This document shows, in pieces, positions 15,216-29,039 of a stretch of 64,000 nt of DNA. The stretch spans positions 9,000,581-9,064,580 of the forward strand of contig OZ037767.1 of the NCBI GenBank assembly GCA_964035545.1, read 5' to 3'. Below the pieces are notes generated by a model. It saw only the letters and a program-made list of their open reading frames with translations, made no database searches and was not told where the DNA came from. The DNA is from Bugula neritina (lineage: Eukaryota > Animalia > Bryozoa). Each line of letters starts with the position of its first letter. Position 1 is the stretch's first letter. The position numbers and the translations under genes were made by a program.

Positions 15216-15813
15216 TTTCACCTGCATTTAGTAAATACACCATCGATCTCTCATTCTATCAATATGACAGATTTATTCACAAAAAAAGTGAATACAAATC
15301 ATTGTCTTTCAACAAAAAACAATGTACAAGTTAAATTCTAGTAATATTTTACAGCTAGATGCACTGTGTGATGATTAGATTGAAAAGTTAATGAATAAAT
15401 TAAATAATTTGCTAGAATCTAGTAAAGAACATGCCTTAGAAATAAAAGTTGTTATGAACACAAAGAACCTAGGTGCAAGTGTCAGGGAATAAAGTCAAAT
15501 GTGTAGCCAGCATTCTGTGATAAATTAATACCAGCTAAACTCTATTAGTATATGGCAACAAAAGTCTGCCTAGAAGTGCAATATTTTACATTATCATTTC
15601 AAAATCATCTGTAAGGTGAATCAAGGATTTTTAACTAATAATTTGAATATTACATAAAAATAGTTGGTTATTTATATAATTACTATTTCAGCTAGAATAT
15701 TAAATGCAGTTTATTACAAAACATAGCTGATGTCATAGTATACACTCATGTGTCAATACTATTCTGTTGCTATTGTAGTGCTAACTACTAACTCTGCTTA
15801 TATAAGTCCCATT

Positions 15814-15921
15814 TAGGAGCCGTAGTGGAGAAATTAAGATAGCCTAGGTCCTTTAATTTTATTATGCTACATTTCTAATCTAGAACACAGGCGTTTCTCA
15901 ATTTCTCTATTACTACACCTA
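15814..15921 (+). mobile_element. MITE copy 1 (internally deleted)
   Basis: Imperfect TIRs TAGGAGCCGTAGTGGAGAAATT ... AATTTCTCTATTACTACACCTA. Homologous to 53011-53168 and 63595-63756. Confidence 0.75.
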
Positions 15922-16046
15922 CTTCTAAATCCCCATGTACTCTCAGATCAACTCTTGCAGTGTAGCAGATGCCAGCTCATATATTTCACACAAAGCATGT
16001 GCTGGGAGAGCATGCAACTTCCAATATCTACATTGCCCTTTAACAA

Positions 16047-16197
16047 CACAGGTGTCAGGTTATACTGTATTACAACATAGGTGTTAGGTTATACTGTATT
16101 ACAACACAAGTGTCAGGTTATACTGTATTACAACATAGGTGTTAGGTTATATTGTATTACAACACAAGTGTCAGGGTATACTGTATTAGAGCATAGG
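16047..16197. repeat. 29-bp minisatellite, about 5 copies, with alternating variants
   Basis: Unit A(G/A)GTGT(T/C)AGGTTATACTGTATTACAACA(C/T). Confidence 0.9.
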
Positions 16198-19100
16198 CAA
16201 GGTAAGCTGTATCCAAGAACAGGTAATGGCCCTTCTCTATTAGAAATCACACCAAGTTGCAAGAATTGTTCACAAGTTTGACTAATTGCTAGCTTCTCAT
16301 ACATTTAAAATTTAGATAATAAAATATGCTTTTAAGCAAATGGTTTCGCTATTTTCTGTCACTATAGAAGTGTTGCCAAGATCTTTTGCAGGTTGTCTAA
16401 GCTCAGAATTGACTAGAATTTAGCCACAAAGATGAAGTGTTTGACAAAAGCTAGGAACTGTAGCATGGACTGCTCCCACATGCATTCAGGGCAGTAAATA
16501 TTGAGCTTTGTTGGACATGGGTTACTTGATCTGAGAAATGTAGTTGAAGACCTCTAATATGTGCTAGCTTACTGTTTCCTTTTAAAACTGCAATGTGCAG
16601 CGTAGAGGTCATTGCATAATCTCAGACCTCTTGTGCACCTGCATTAAACTATGTAATGCTTCATAGAGTAAAGCACTTTTACTTACTTTATATGGCTGAG
16701 TTTTTTCAGTAAGAATCAACTAATAAGTGGCTAATAAATGACAATTTCTTCAGTTATAATATGACATTATTTAAAATAATGACCTACAATCTCAAGTAAA
16801 GTCATGACGTTAATGGAAGGGATTAACTCCTACCAACACAGTCTTTAATTTCTGAGTATATCATAGGAGATTTACAGAAAGTAAGTTGCTTGTTTAAGTT
16901 TCCGTATCTCAGCATATTTTTAAATCATACTTGCAATGATTAGTAACTATTATCAATCAGTAATAATATGGTTATTATATGTCACAATAGTCTGTAAAAC
17001 AGTCTATAATCTTATACACGCAAAAGTCTTAGATTTAAATAGCAAAATTTTTTTTAGAATATATGTGTTTCAACAAGAAAAATTTAGCATAATCATAAGC
17101 TGCATATTTTATATAACCCTGCAAAGTGCGTTCATTGGTGAAACAAAACCTGACTCATATAATCTCTATGGTACACCTATAACATGTAAAAGAATTGAGC
17201 CAAAAAAGTAATATGTATATTAATAATTACTACATGAGGTTTGTCAAATACTCATGATAAAAACACATTTTAAATAAAAGTTACTTTCATTGTTTTAGTG
17301 AACTACTGCTGGCTATATAGTTTTTGCTGATTGATGTACACTATTATGCTATTTTTCAAGTGTACTGTGAACTCAATGCCTTGAAAATGGCTACAAACAT
17401 TTTTATGGGAGAAGCCAACTCCAAGTTAGTGCTTTGTATTTTGGTAGCTAACTAAAGTGATATATTATTACCAAATTGTTATTAATAAATTGACACTAAA
17501 AATAATAGAATCAAACAAGTAAACTAGCCAGTAGTTACTTGAAAGTATTTTTACATATTTTGGGCCAAATGTACAGTCATTAAGGAAAAATAAGTTTAGA
17601 TTTTATAATTTACTCATTGGACCCATAGTTTGAGTTTGAGACGAAATTATATGTTATGCTAAGAGAAGACAACCCCTGAAATAATTGTTGTACACAGACC
17701 AAGTAATAGAAATATTATACTAACACATAAATACATGCATACAGAAAGTAGCTATTAGGAATTTTTGACACATAAAATTATGTTTGAAGCATGCAAATGT
17801 TTTTAAAATATCTCAATATTAGTTTAAAATGAAAGTTTGGGTGCGGCAATTTTGTAAAATAGGGCCACGTTGATTGAAATTGAAAAGTGATACAATATAT
17901 AAATTTGTGATGAAAAAGGTTTATTGGCCAAAAATGAATTTAATAAATTTTTAAAGTGCGCATACTATACTATACTATGCTTGCTATTTAATGCAAGTAA
18001 AAGTACATTTAGTAGATAGCATACAAATATGCTTATTGAATGACCACCGTATTAAGTATTTAGGTGCAGAGATAGAGATTTTTCTTAGCCATGGCATAGA
18101 ATATGATATTTTCTATTTGTGAGGTTTCCATAGAACTTTAGCTATTTACTATAAAACTGTCCAATTCTGCAGAGATAATGCATATGCTGAGAAACAACTT
18201 ACCTTTTTAAATGAAAAGTAACTGATGTCTTTTAAATAATCCGCATGTTAGCTTTTTTTATGAAAGGTATTTCACAAAGATCAGCCAACTAGCTAAGTAT
18301 AACTGTATGATATGATGTTTAACATTTCCATGCAGTTGGAATTGTACACATTTTAGTGAACAATGCTCAGTAGATAATAACAGCTTGCAAGTACCTGGGA
18401 ATCAGACATGGCGGACACAGCTAGCCTCAGTTTGAGTTTTCGCCAATGCCAGACTGAAGCATGCTCACCCCCCCCCCAAAAATAACTTTGTCTACAGGGC
18501 AAAATAGGGCACAAAAGCTGTGGCCATAGCCATATGGTGTTGATATGGAACAGGCCGAATTAAGAAGAGTACAGTTTAATTAACACTGGTTTATATTAAG
18601 AGTTTCTATAACAATGTAGGCAATATAATTATTAGCAGGACAGCATAGGTTAGCATAAACCAATGATATCATGCGTAACTATAGAATTTATAAAGTTCTG
18701 CAAGACTTGTATGCATTTGGGCCCAGTTTACTAAATGATTATATAGGTTATTCATAGTGGCTGGTTTCTTCAATACTCAACTAGTTACTAGGTGGTGCAG
18801 TAGAAAGTTACTTTGTAAACCAAGTATTACTTGAAACTCCCAAATGTAGTAATACAATGCATCATTGACCATTACATGAATTATTATCCAAAAACAGGAA
18901 GATAGAATCGTTTATAAGCAAATATTCCATTAACAGTTTGTCCTACATGCAGCAAAAATTAGTTCATCTCTTTTAATGTTTGTATGTAACCAATATGAAT
19001 GAAAAAAATGGGAAAATGTAAATGGGTAATAAAAACCACGATTTTAGTGCTGATACAAATATTTTGTGTATATGCATAAAATAACAAACTTTAAGAAAAA

Positions 19101-20919
19101 ATATCTATTTCTCATCCAAAACACTGAAATCTATATTTTCTTTATTAATTCGCCTACCTGAATAGTTTTACTACAAATTTGTAGCATGTCCATCGCTTTT
19201 AAAGGTAAAGCAGTAACATTAAATACAAATAAAATGATCCGATTTAGCAGAATCTACCTTATGTGAACATGACTCCTTTTACCATTATATTATGAAATTT
19301 CTACATTTAAAAAGTTCAACAGTTTTAGGTAATTCTAGAGAATAATATAATATATATTATATCACAAAGAAGTAGTGAACAGTGACTGGCAGAGAGACCT
19401 ATCAGGCCTTATCATCTCAACAAAGAGAAACTATACATGCTATGGACTTCTAACCAGACATGTTTGAAGTTTGTACATTACAAAGAGAAGCCAGCTGACA
19501 AAAACATGACTTAGCATTTTTTCATACACAATGAATGATGTCATTTATGCAGATGAGATATGCAAAGAATGATATGTGGCACATGGTTAGATATGGTGAG
19601 AGTGTTTAACGTACTACAAGCTGCATATAAGCAGTTCTACCACCAACTAATTAACACTCATAGATCAATCTAATCAATTGATAGAAGAACCAATTGTCTT
19701 AGAGTGGGCCAAAACTATTTCATTTGGGCTGGCATCATAAAAACCTGACTGACTTTAATGACACGTCTCTACTCTCAACTTGCCATAAACATCAACTTGG
19801 TGTTACAAACACCTTCTCAACACATAAACATAGATGTTTCCACACCTCATTGACACCTTGTTGACTTACAATTTAGATGTTACATGGTAACATAGCCAAC
19901 CATATTCTTCTAGGCATGAGGACTAGGAAAGCTAACTGCGGCACATACTACACTATTTTTGAATTTACAACTAGTAGATCTCAATATAACATATTAAAAC
20001 AGGAAAGGTGAAAACAAAGTCAATTTAAGCAAACAAAAGTAAAACAAGTGTAGGGAAACCTAAAGATCTATTGAAATGTAGGATTGCCTGTGCAGGAGAC
20101 GACAACTTTTAGCATGTATCTGAGGAGATATAATAATATTATTATTGCTTTGCATTCACAGAGCACTTACACACTGTTAATAAAAGGTATGGGGGATGGT
20201 TCAATAAGAATAATGGCGACAGCAAAAGCTGATTGAGATAAGAAACCAAGACAGGATTAGTAGAGTCAGCTGCTGAAAGGAGCTTTAACAGGACACGATA
20301 AACCACATGAAGCAAGTTCCAATCCAAAACTGAATGATTAAAAGCTGTGAAATAGACGAGACCGTCAGGCTATTGAGAAATTACTAGCTCCTGAAGACTT
20401 AAGTTCTGTACACAAGACTTCCATGAAACCTGGCAAGATGTTCGGCTTGTAATGATCTTCAAATAAGGGTGACCACAGGTGATGTGGGAATTAACTGACC
20501 ACTTCACATTTTTCTGGTCACAGGAAAAATGTCAAATGTGTTTTGCTAGCAGCCACCCGTGTACTGAAAGTGAGAAACAGCTACTTGTAAGCAAAAATTG
20601 AATCAGAGTTTTATTTAAATCAATAAATTAAAGCTATAAAAATAATTGCGTCTTTGCAAGCAGGTATAAATTTTTAAGGTGAAACTATTAAATATCATTT
20701 TAGAAAAACAGCAGTTCACGGTGATTGATGAAAACTCCAATAGGCTATCAGATGAAATAGAACACAGATTAGGGAAAAATAACAGCAAGTAATACAAATA
20801 TGAGTAGAATATAACCAATAGCGCTCACAACTGAGATCATGCCACAATTTCCATACGGAGAAACCATGCAGCTTGTCACATGAAATAAAAGGAAAATAAA
20901 ACACTAAGTAGTTCAACTA

Positions 20920-23900
20920 TTAGGATAGTCGTCGCAGTAGAATTTCATCGCCATTTTGTACTCCATAATAGGTCACAGTCCTCAAGTCATATTCAAACTC
21001 ATATTCTTCTCCGTTCTAAAACCAAGCAGACACTTTGAAAACTAATTTTACAAGTGATAAAACTTCAGAAACGCTGACTTTGATTACATAATCTTGATGG
21101 AGACTGTTTTTATCCATCCAGCAGGCTGACTTAGTAATTGTCAGTATTTCTGACCAACAATAAAATGATACCAAAACTCAATATATATTAATACACTAAA
21201 TGCTGTTCTAGAGCAATTGCAAAACATTGCAGGTCATCTTAAAAAAGGTTTGTCAAACTCACAAAATAGAAAAACGCTGTGGTTGTGTTAAATGCTGGGA
21301 GGGTTTGCTGCATAAAATGACTCAACTTCACTAACAAAACCATGTGTAAAAATTGAATGCTACAAGTATTTTGACTTAATTAAAACTTTCCAATCAAATT
21401 TGGCATAAAACTTTGAAAAAATTTCCCGTATTTAAAATGCTCCATATAAATTTTTCCTCAAAATAATGCAAAAGTTACAAATGTAGCTTTGAATCGGTTA
21501 CAAAACTAAAAAACTTCTTGAAAAACTTAAAAAATGTTGGATGTTATTTTGTATGAGAAATTATATAACAAGTTTGCAAAACTGGTTAAAAAACCCATTT
21601 TTAAAAATGGACAGAACTGTGTCTTTTACTACAGAAATGTTATACAGTTGTTATAGATTTTTGTATAAACTTTTATCAAAGAACTGTTCCAGACTACTTG
21701 AAAAATATGTTTTTGTCCATTTTGTATATAATATCTTAAAACCTAAAAAAATTGGTTCTAAGTTATTGTAACTACAAGCTACATTATCTCAGTATAGTTG
21801 ACGATATAATATCAAATGTATATATTTTATTTATTTGTCATATTAGATTTATATATATTTACCCTATATTTTCAAAAAGTTATCCAATGGAAACACAGTA
21901 GATATACCAACTCTAGATTAACAAGTAGTTACAGCCAGCAGAGAAACAAAATGTTACATTATTTATATATTATTGTAATACTGCCAACATATCAGTCTTT
22001 TAAAGTAATCGCTTGGCATTGAAAATTAGAGAGCTTTATATCATTCAGCATAGCATGAAAATCAAAAAAAGTTTCTTGACACTTTTTTTTAAAGTTTTTA
22101 AAAGAGATGATCAGATTACAGACACTCAATATACACTCATAGAGAAGAGACAAAACACTGTTACACAAAGGGATTTCAGGTAAAACAGAGACACCTACCT
22201 GGTGAGCTCGATATGATACAACACAGCGTACACCTTTAATACCGAGGAGTCTTACAGCCAGATTACGACACTTGACTACATTCATCGTATCGGGTATGCA
22301 TTTAGTAACCCTCTTACCACTCTCAGTCACCAGGTCCACAAACGTCACCTCTAGAAGTCAGATCATAACAATTAAACTGAATAATATTGGTTAAAAACAA
22401 AACTAATGTGTGAAAAAGTAAAATTATCTGCTAGGGCTAAAAATCTAGTTAGATACAGTGATCTCTCCGTATCTCACTAGGCTGTGGGTCCCCAAACCCC
22501 AATTCGTGACATAGTAGAATACCAAAGTTAACTCATTAATCTGTTAAATTAGGCCATTTTGTCCCTAAACACACATACATAAACTACAAAACAGGGTCCA
22601 AGCTTGTCTGGTGACTCAGCAAATTTTTTGAGAAATGGATCGGTAAGATATGGAGGGAGTACTGTAATTTGGAAATATGAGAAATTTTGGATATAAAAAT
22701 TATATTCAAATATCAATATTTTGTGCAGCTTCATAGATGCAAAAGCTATCATACAATGCCTTTGTGTAAACACAAGTTGCAAAGCACTAATCTATACTTG
22801 TATGAACATGTTATTGATGCCAATTATATATATATTAATGTCGTGCTTACGTATAATAACAATGGTTTTACTAGCATAGTAAAAACTAATAGCAAAACAT
22901 ATGACAGGGTAAAAAAGCTGCTTCTGGGTTGAGTGAGTATTTGATATAAATTTTAGAAATGTTTATAATAAAATGCAAAATGTATAGAATAGTAGACTGT
23001 CTAGTTTACATACAAGAGCTATCAATCATAATAAAGCAATCGAAATAGATGCAGATCTTACCAATAAGTGAGTCTTTTATAGCTGACTTTGGTTTTGACT
23101 TGACTACTTCAGTTTTCTCCGGAGCTCCCCATTCTGTATGAGACACAACATGAGTCATTTTACTTTATTTATTACATATTAACAAATTAAGATCAAAAAG
23201 AGAAGTTTGCTCAAAATTCATTAAAATCTGCAATATGGGGTAATTTCATGTGCTGATTCTAACTATGAATAGGCTGGGAAGGGATTCCCTAACATTAAAG
23301 CACCCATCATTGCCATATGAGCTAAATACATATGTGCAGGCACGATGAAAAAACAATCACCGTCTGCACATACACCAATTTACTAGAAAATTAGGAAAAA
23401 ACATAGAACATCACCCAAAATTAGGAAAAAAAATGGTGAAGCTGTATTTGTTTATATTTTATTAGTTTAGGCCTTCAGGGCAAGAAACCATATACATTAG
23501 CAGCTAAATTGTGAAAAATAGCTAAAAGCTAAAGGTATCAAGTGTGTACTAAATTAAGTGAAATGACCCACGTGCAAATAAATTCTCATGGTGTTTATTT
23601 ATATAAACTCCATGTTGGGCCAATGTACTGAATAAACATAATCTTACTCTTGATCAAGGACAGATATGTGGGATGCTCTAAACAGAATTGTTGAATAGCT
23701 TCTGTTATCTCTAAACACGACCCTTGCTCTATCCACATCTCTCCAAACATTTTTGTATAATCTATCTCCGCACCTTTCCGTTCTAGAGCTTCAATCTAAA
23801 CACAACGTAGCAGGCTGTCAGAAAGCAGCTAACATAGAAGCACAGTGTACAAGATAGTTAGATACATGATATGGTGCAGATTCATAAAACACAATGCTGA

Positions 23901-26900
23901 ACATAAAACACATTTAGTAATTATAGGGATAGCTATTCAAAATAACACCAGTTATACAATGTGCATACTCATATGAGACTAAAAAACTGATGGCAACTTG
24001 AATAACATAAGTCTCCAGCTCCAATTCGCATAAAATAAATCTAAACCTGACATGAAATATAATAATGTATGAAAATATAACGCACACGAGTGCCGTTGTG
24101 TTTGATGATACTTGGTATCTTTGCGATCACTAATTGTCTGTTGGTATCATCAGGCGCTCCTTCCAGAACCGGGTTTCTCATAAACACTATGTCTGTGAGA
24201 GTGGAGAGCCTATGCAGCTGTCCTATATGCACCCACTACAATCATACACACTAGTATAGTGCATACTACTCATGCTAAGAGATATTTCAAAGCTAATCAA
24301 TTGGTCAAATACGCCAGTTACAGCAACTAATATACACTATAATCGTTAACCTAATATTTGACCCAGGGTCATTTAGCTATGTAAAGGAACAGTCTATGAT
24401 AATGAAAATGAAATTTGAGACACTTCCTGAAATACTTGAGTTGGAATGGAAGTTTTATTTCCTGCTACGTATAAAATACTCGTAGAAGTGACTGTAGAGA
24501 AAACTTTATTCGATTCTTATAAAGGAGAGGAAAAACAAAGCACTGGAATACCTCTGAAATTTTATTGTCATTGAGATAAAGAGACTGCAAAGATGGAAAG
24601 TCTCCGCCATCTACAATAATGTCTGTTAGTTGACACTCCACCAATAACAACTCTTGCAACCTGTTGAAAAACCAACTGTTAAATGACAACCTGTTGACAA
24701 TGACCTGTTGAGTAACAACCTGTTGAATAATAACCTGTTGAACATGCCAAAAGGCAACATTATCAAATTAGCCACAAGAAAATTCAAAGAAATTTTATTT
24801 TCAGGCACATAAAATATTTTCACAAAATTAAAATTTATCTTCAGTAATTTCTAAATTTAAAAACAGCTAAAGCTAACACTAATTGATTTGAGGAGTTGTC
24901 ATCTCAACATAACTTACATTGGTAATTTAGCAAATGGTTTGACATTAGCCCAAGTTTTCAAGTTGTTTGAGGACAAGTTGAGCAAAACTAAATTCTGCCA
25001 GTTAGGAGCTGAGGGTATTTCTGTGATACAGTTTCGGCACAAGTGAAGTTCTCGGATGTTCATCCATAGAGCAGAACATAACACCACCTGTAGCACAGAT
25101 GAGTATCACAGGTTATTCACTCATACTGGTGTGATGGATAATATGCTAAGGAGTTAAACCCTATCACTAGCTTGACTGTAAGTTCAGCATTCAAAACTTT
25201 AAGTAGTGACATTTAAGCCTTTGATAAAAAATTATTTATGAAACACATCGGTGAATAAAAATTCACTAAACGGGCACTGTGGCCTCCATATTATTAGGGA
25301 GTGGATTTTTGAGAGCAAAATTTTATGGATTCATTTTTTGGCATAAGTCTAATAAAAAGCTTTTTTTGATTTTCATAAGAGGTAAAAATAATTATGTGAG
25401 ATAATGACGCAGCAACTGCAAATATTGAATGGATTTAATTAAGTATAATGTGCATTACTTATTATATCTCAGTAGAACAAATTGTTTATATTTATTCCAA
25501 TTAACAGGTGAAACTTTACTAAAAATAGTACAATGAAAAATACAATGAACAAGAGTTAGATATCTAATTACATATGATCACATTACACTTTTATTAATAA
25601 ACGACAATAATGTTGTCACAAAATATTGTGCACAGATTTGCTCAGTTAGAGCAGTTTAGACTAATAAGTACTGTGAAACCACGTCATACCTCATCCCATG
25701 TCATGTTCATTGCATTGAGAATAAGACTTCCGATATTCTGGAAAGTAGGTTTAATCAACTCTTCGTCCTCCTCCACATAGACTAGTCTATTCGCGCTGTA
25801 ACATGTTACATAATACTACAATAAACCCTTGGTGGAAACCGCAAACATTACAATACCACACCAGTTGGTAGCAACATTACAATACCACACCAGTTGGTAG
25901 CAACATTGCAATACCACACTAGTTGGTATCAATAATATAGTACCACACCAGTTGGTAGCAACATTGCAATACCACACTATCAACAAAGCAGAGACTCTCA
26001 TCACCTGAGATACAGCATGGTGAGTTTGTTGAGATGTTTGATGATGTTAGCTACGGTACTCCAGCTAGACATGAGGTTACCAGACAGGTCCAGCTCCTCT
26101 ACAGACGGTATAAACTGACCCAGAGCCTGGCTGTCCTCCTCACCATACACAAGTGAGTCCTGTACAGCAACCACCCGCAGCGTGTTAAACTGACTGCAAG
26201 AAACACAGGTTAACATGAAGTATTTATACAAGACACCAGAGATTCCTATTTATGTCATGTTTTCCAGAAAATTATTTCTCTTGCATTGGCAGATGACCCG
26301 AATAGTTGAACTTTCCTATTGGTTACGTATTCTTACTTTATTGTGCAGCTCATTTCGCTACGTATCTTAGCGTAAAAATCTCAAACTTTGCAACCCAAAT
26401 ATTATTGAAACCCTTTAAACATTTCTGACATAGCAGCTTGCTCAAAGACATCTTACATCATTTTCAGTTGCCATATATAGATAGTAACTCACACTCAGCG
26501 TACAAGTTTTGCATTAGTCATTGTGCTGACAATTCCAAAACTGTCAGCAAAACTCAACCAAAGACTAGTTGTTAACTGATTTATAAGTATAACTACAGTA
26601 AACTCTTCCTTCAGCCTTATGTGCATAACATTATAAATATTTCTAGAATCTATAATTTACTTTCCATTCTATTATTATACAGATGCATCTTGTCTTTCTT
26701 AATTCAAGTAATGTATTTCAACTCTTCCACAATTTATTCTCCATTCAATTATTATACAGATACATTTTCTCTTTCTCAAGCCAATAGAATGGTTGCAATG
26801 CTGTCTGTGCTATTGAAAAAGCAGTGAAGCATTTGACTTTATAATACCTGACAAGTGACAATAGACTACATAGATGGTAATTGTATCCATTCAAAAAATA

Positions 26901-27431
26901 TATAACACCACCTTTGCAGATCATTCACTTTCTTCATGCCAACCAGTTCTATGCTAACATCTTTCCCACGCTGCTGATTCCCAATAAATGCTTCAGAATA
27001 TTCCACACCTGCGAGCTCATCGTCTACCTGACCATACTTGTCTTTAATGGCCTCAAGACACGTGCTCGCTGGGTGAATTATTTTGGCTTTTATGAATGTT
27101 GCTGAAGTTTCGTTATTGCTAAAGAAGGAAATCAAACTGATATATAATCTATTTATTGATAGCTATTGTGAGACCTATCCACTACAGTTTTATACACTCA
27201 CAATTGTATAAACTCATAAAAATGCATCTTAATTTAGACAAAAGATTGTGAGCTTTTAGCCTGCATACCGAGTTGTAAAATAAGACTTTCCTAAGTGTGT
27301 GCCATTGTGTTTACCTCTGCTGGTTTGGTCCCATTCAACACCATAATATTCACCTAGATAAAGAAATTGCAGAGAGCCATATAAAATAAAACAAAACACA
27401 CAAATTATATACATATGTTTGCACACAGATA

Positions 27432-27503
<72 letters not shown>

Positions 27504-28274
27504 GCGGTAGAACAATCGAAGATTACAATTTACTACAATAAGCCAGAATCACCCAAAAACATCGCTTCGCAGCAAACTATATATGTCATTTGTCCGAGGT
27601 GTTTTAGCTGTGAAACTTGAAATGATATGATGAGTGATAAAATCATAATCAAAATAGGCTGCAAATTAAATCAATATTTCTTATAAATGATAAACTATGA
27701 GTATAATCATGATTTTGTTATCAACAGCTAAATTATTGAATAAATTTTTTTCTCTCCTCCGAGATTTGGGGCACTTTATAAAATACTTGACTATATTTTA
27801 CTCAATAGATATGCAAGTACATAGAAACTTCATAATTTTCAGTTCAGGTTAAGCCAGAACTGATAAGGTAAAATACTTTTTGAATAATTCTCTAAATAGC
27901 TTTCTGAAGAGTAAAAATGCTTGTTAAGTTGAGACAGCTGTGTTCCACGCTCAGTAGTAGCCCAATTCTGGGACTGTATATAATTACAAAGCAACTCTTT
28001 TAGTAAATCATACAATTCTAGGAAATGAGTGGCTATAGGAGGCAACTGGAAAAGTTGAATAAGACTATAATATTTAAACCACTTAATAATTGTAGCAACA
28101 ATGACCTTTATATTTAAAAATAAAGTTTTTGATAGTAATACTTTTGATTAATAATTGTCAAAAGATTCAACTAGTCAAACCTTTAGCATTTTCAACTGGC
28201 CCTTTGTATCTTACTGTTCCAATATAGTCATTCACTCCAACTCGGTCTCCAACATTGAACACAGTTTTTGGCAT
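20920..28274 (-). CDS. TBCE: Tubulin-specific chaperone E (CAP-Gly, LRR, C-terminal ubiquitin-like), 12 coding exons, about 525 aa
   Basis: Exons 28181-28274, 27269-27353, 26912-27118, 26005-26193, 25690-25795, 24918-25087, 24552-24660, 24086-24235, 23648-23795, 23062-23133, 22199-22350 and 20920-21015. All introns are GT-AG, phases are consistent, and the total is 1578 nt. CAP-Gly: VGDRV...GTVRYKGPV...YGVEWDQTSRGKHNG. LRRs: VEELDLSGNLMSSW and LQSLYLNDNKI. Also RQLVIAKIP and ERKGAEIDY, then a UBL end YDLRTVTYYGVQNGDEILL. Confidence 0.95.
24661..24742 (-). repeat. Six tandem ~15-bp copies of the TBCE exon-7 acceptor (TCAACAG|GTT)
   Basis: The G of each AG is at 24661, 24676, 24691, 24705, 24720 and 24735. 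Confidence 0.85.
25848..25980. repeat. 29-bp minisatellite in TBCE intron 4
   Basis: About 4.5 copies of CAATACCACACCAGTTGGTAGCAACATT(A/G). Confidence 0.9.
27433..27505. repeat. (TG)n microsatellite in TBCE intron 1
   Basis: Direct inspection. Confidence 0.98.
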
Positions 28275-28416
28275 CTTAATAAAGTTTAAAGCTAAAAGAA
28301 ACCAAAAAATGAAATAAAAATAATTATTGAATCATGGCCTATCAATTTACATATCATGTGGCCATAGTTTAAATAACATCAGTGAATTTAATATGACATA
28401 TTTTACATTTGTAGTT

Positions 28417-28460
28417 TATTGCTATAGCAATAGACCATGTAAAACTTAGCCAATCAGGAG
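28417..28460. promoter_or_regulatory. Putative TBCE promoter elements: X-box (RFX)-like palindrome and CCAAT box
   Basis: Perfect 16-bp palindrome TATTGCTATAGCAATA (28417-28432) and AGCCAATCAG (about 28448-28457), 140-185 bp upstream of the TBCE ATG. Confidence 0.5.
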
Positions 28461-29039
28461 AATGTACCAACTCTGAAACCTAACCATTATAACTTAAATG
28501 AAATTCTGCAAGTTCAAGTGTGAAATACATGCTTCCGAAACTAGCTGTGCAACTTTTAGTGCATGCATTATTTTATTGCACATCTTAAATTTACGAGTTT
28601 TGAGTTCACTTCTTGAAATGTTTGAATTGAGTGCTTAAAAATGCAATTAAAAATTACATAGTTACTGAGTGCATATTATGTTTGCCGAGTCTTGACTTTG
28701 AGGTCGAGGGTTTGGAAAACATTTGTATATGTATATGTTTTTATACAGCAGGTAATTATTTTCTTATATAGAGTACAAGTCAAAGACAGAGCAATAAATC
28801 CAGAAGTTAAAAATATTGTTTTATGCTTGTTGCTAATCAATCCACTAAATGGTTTAGTGACTAAACCATTCCTAGTACACCCATAATTTGAAGAAATAGG
28901 GACATAATGTTAGTAAACTAATAGTTTCACTATTAGTTTACTAATACTGTAGTCAGGCATCGGAAACTCAGTGCTGCTTTTAGAAATATTCTAAGAGTAG
29001 AAGGTTGCTTGAAACAGTCCAACACTTTGACTTACACTC

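Noticed and set aside
25848-25980. 29-bp repeats (also 16047-16197) as a CRISPR-like array
   Set aside because: The repeats are contiguous with no unique spacers, no cas genes are present, and the context is eukaryotic.
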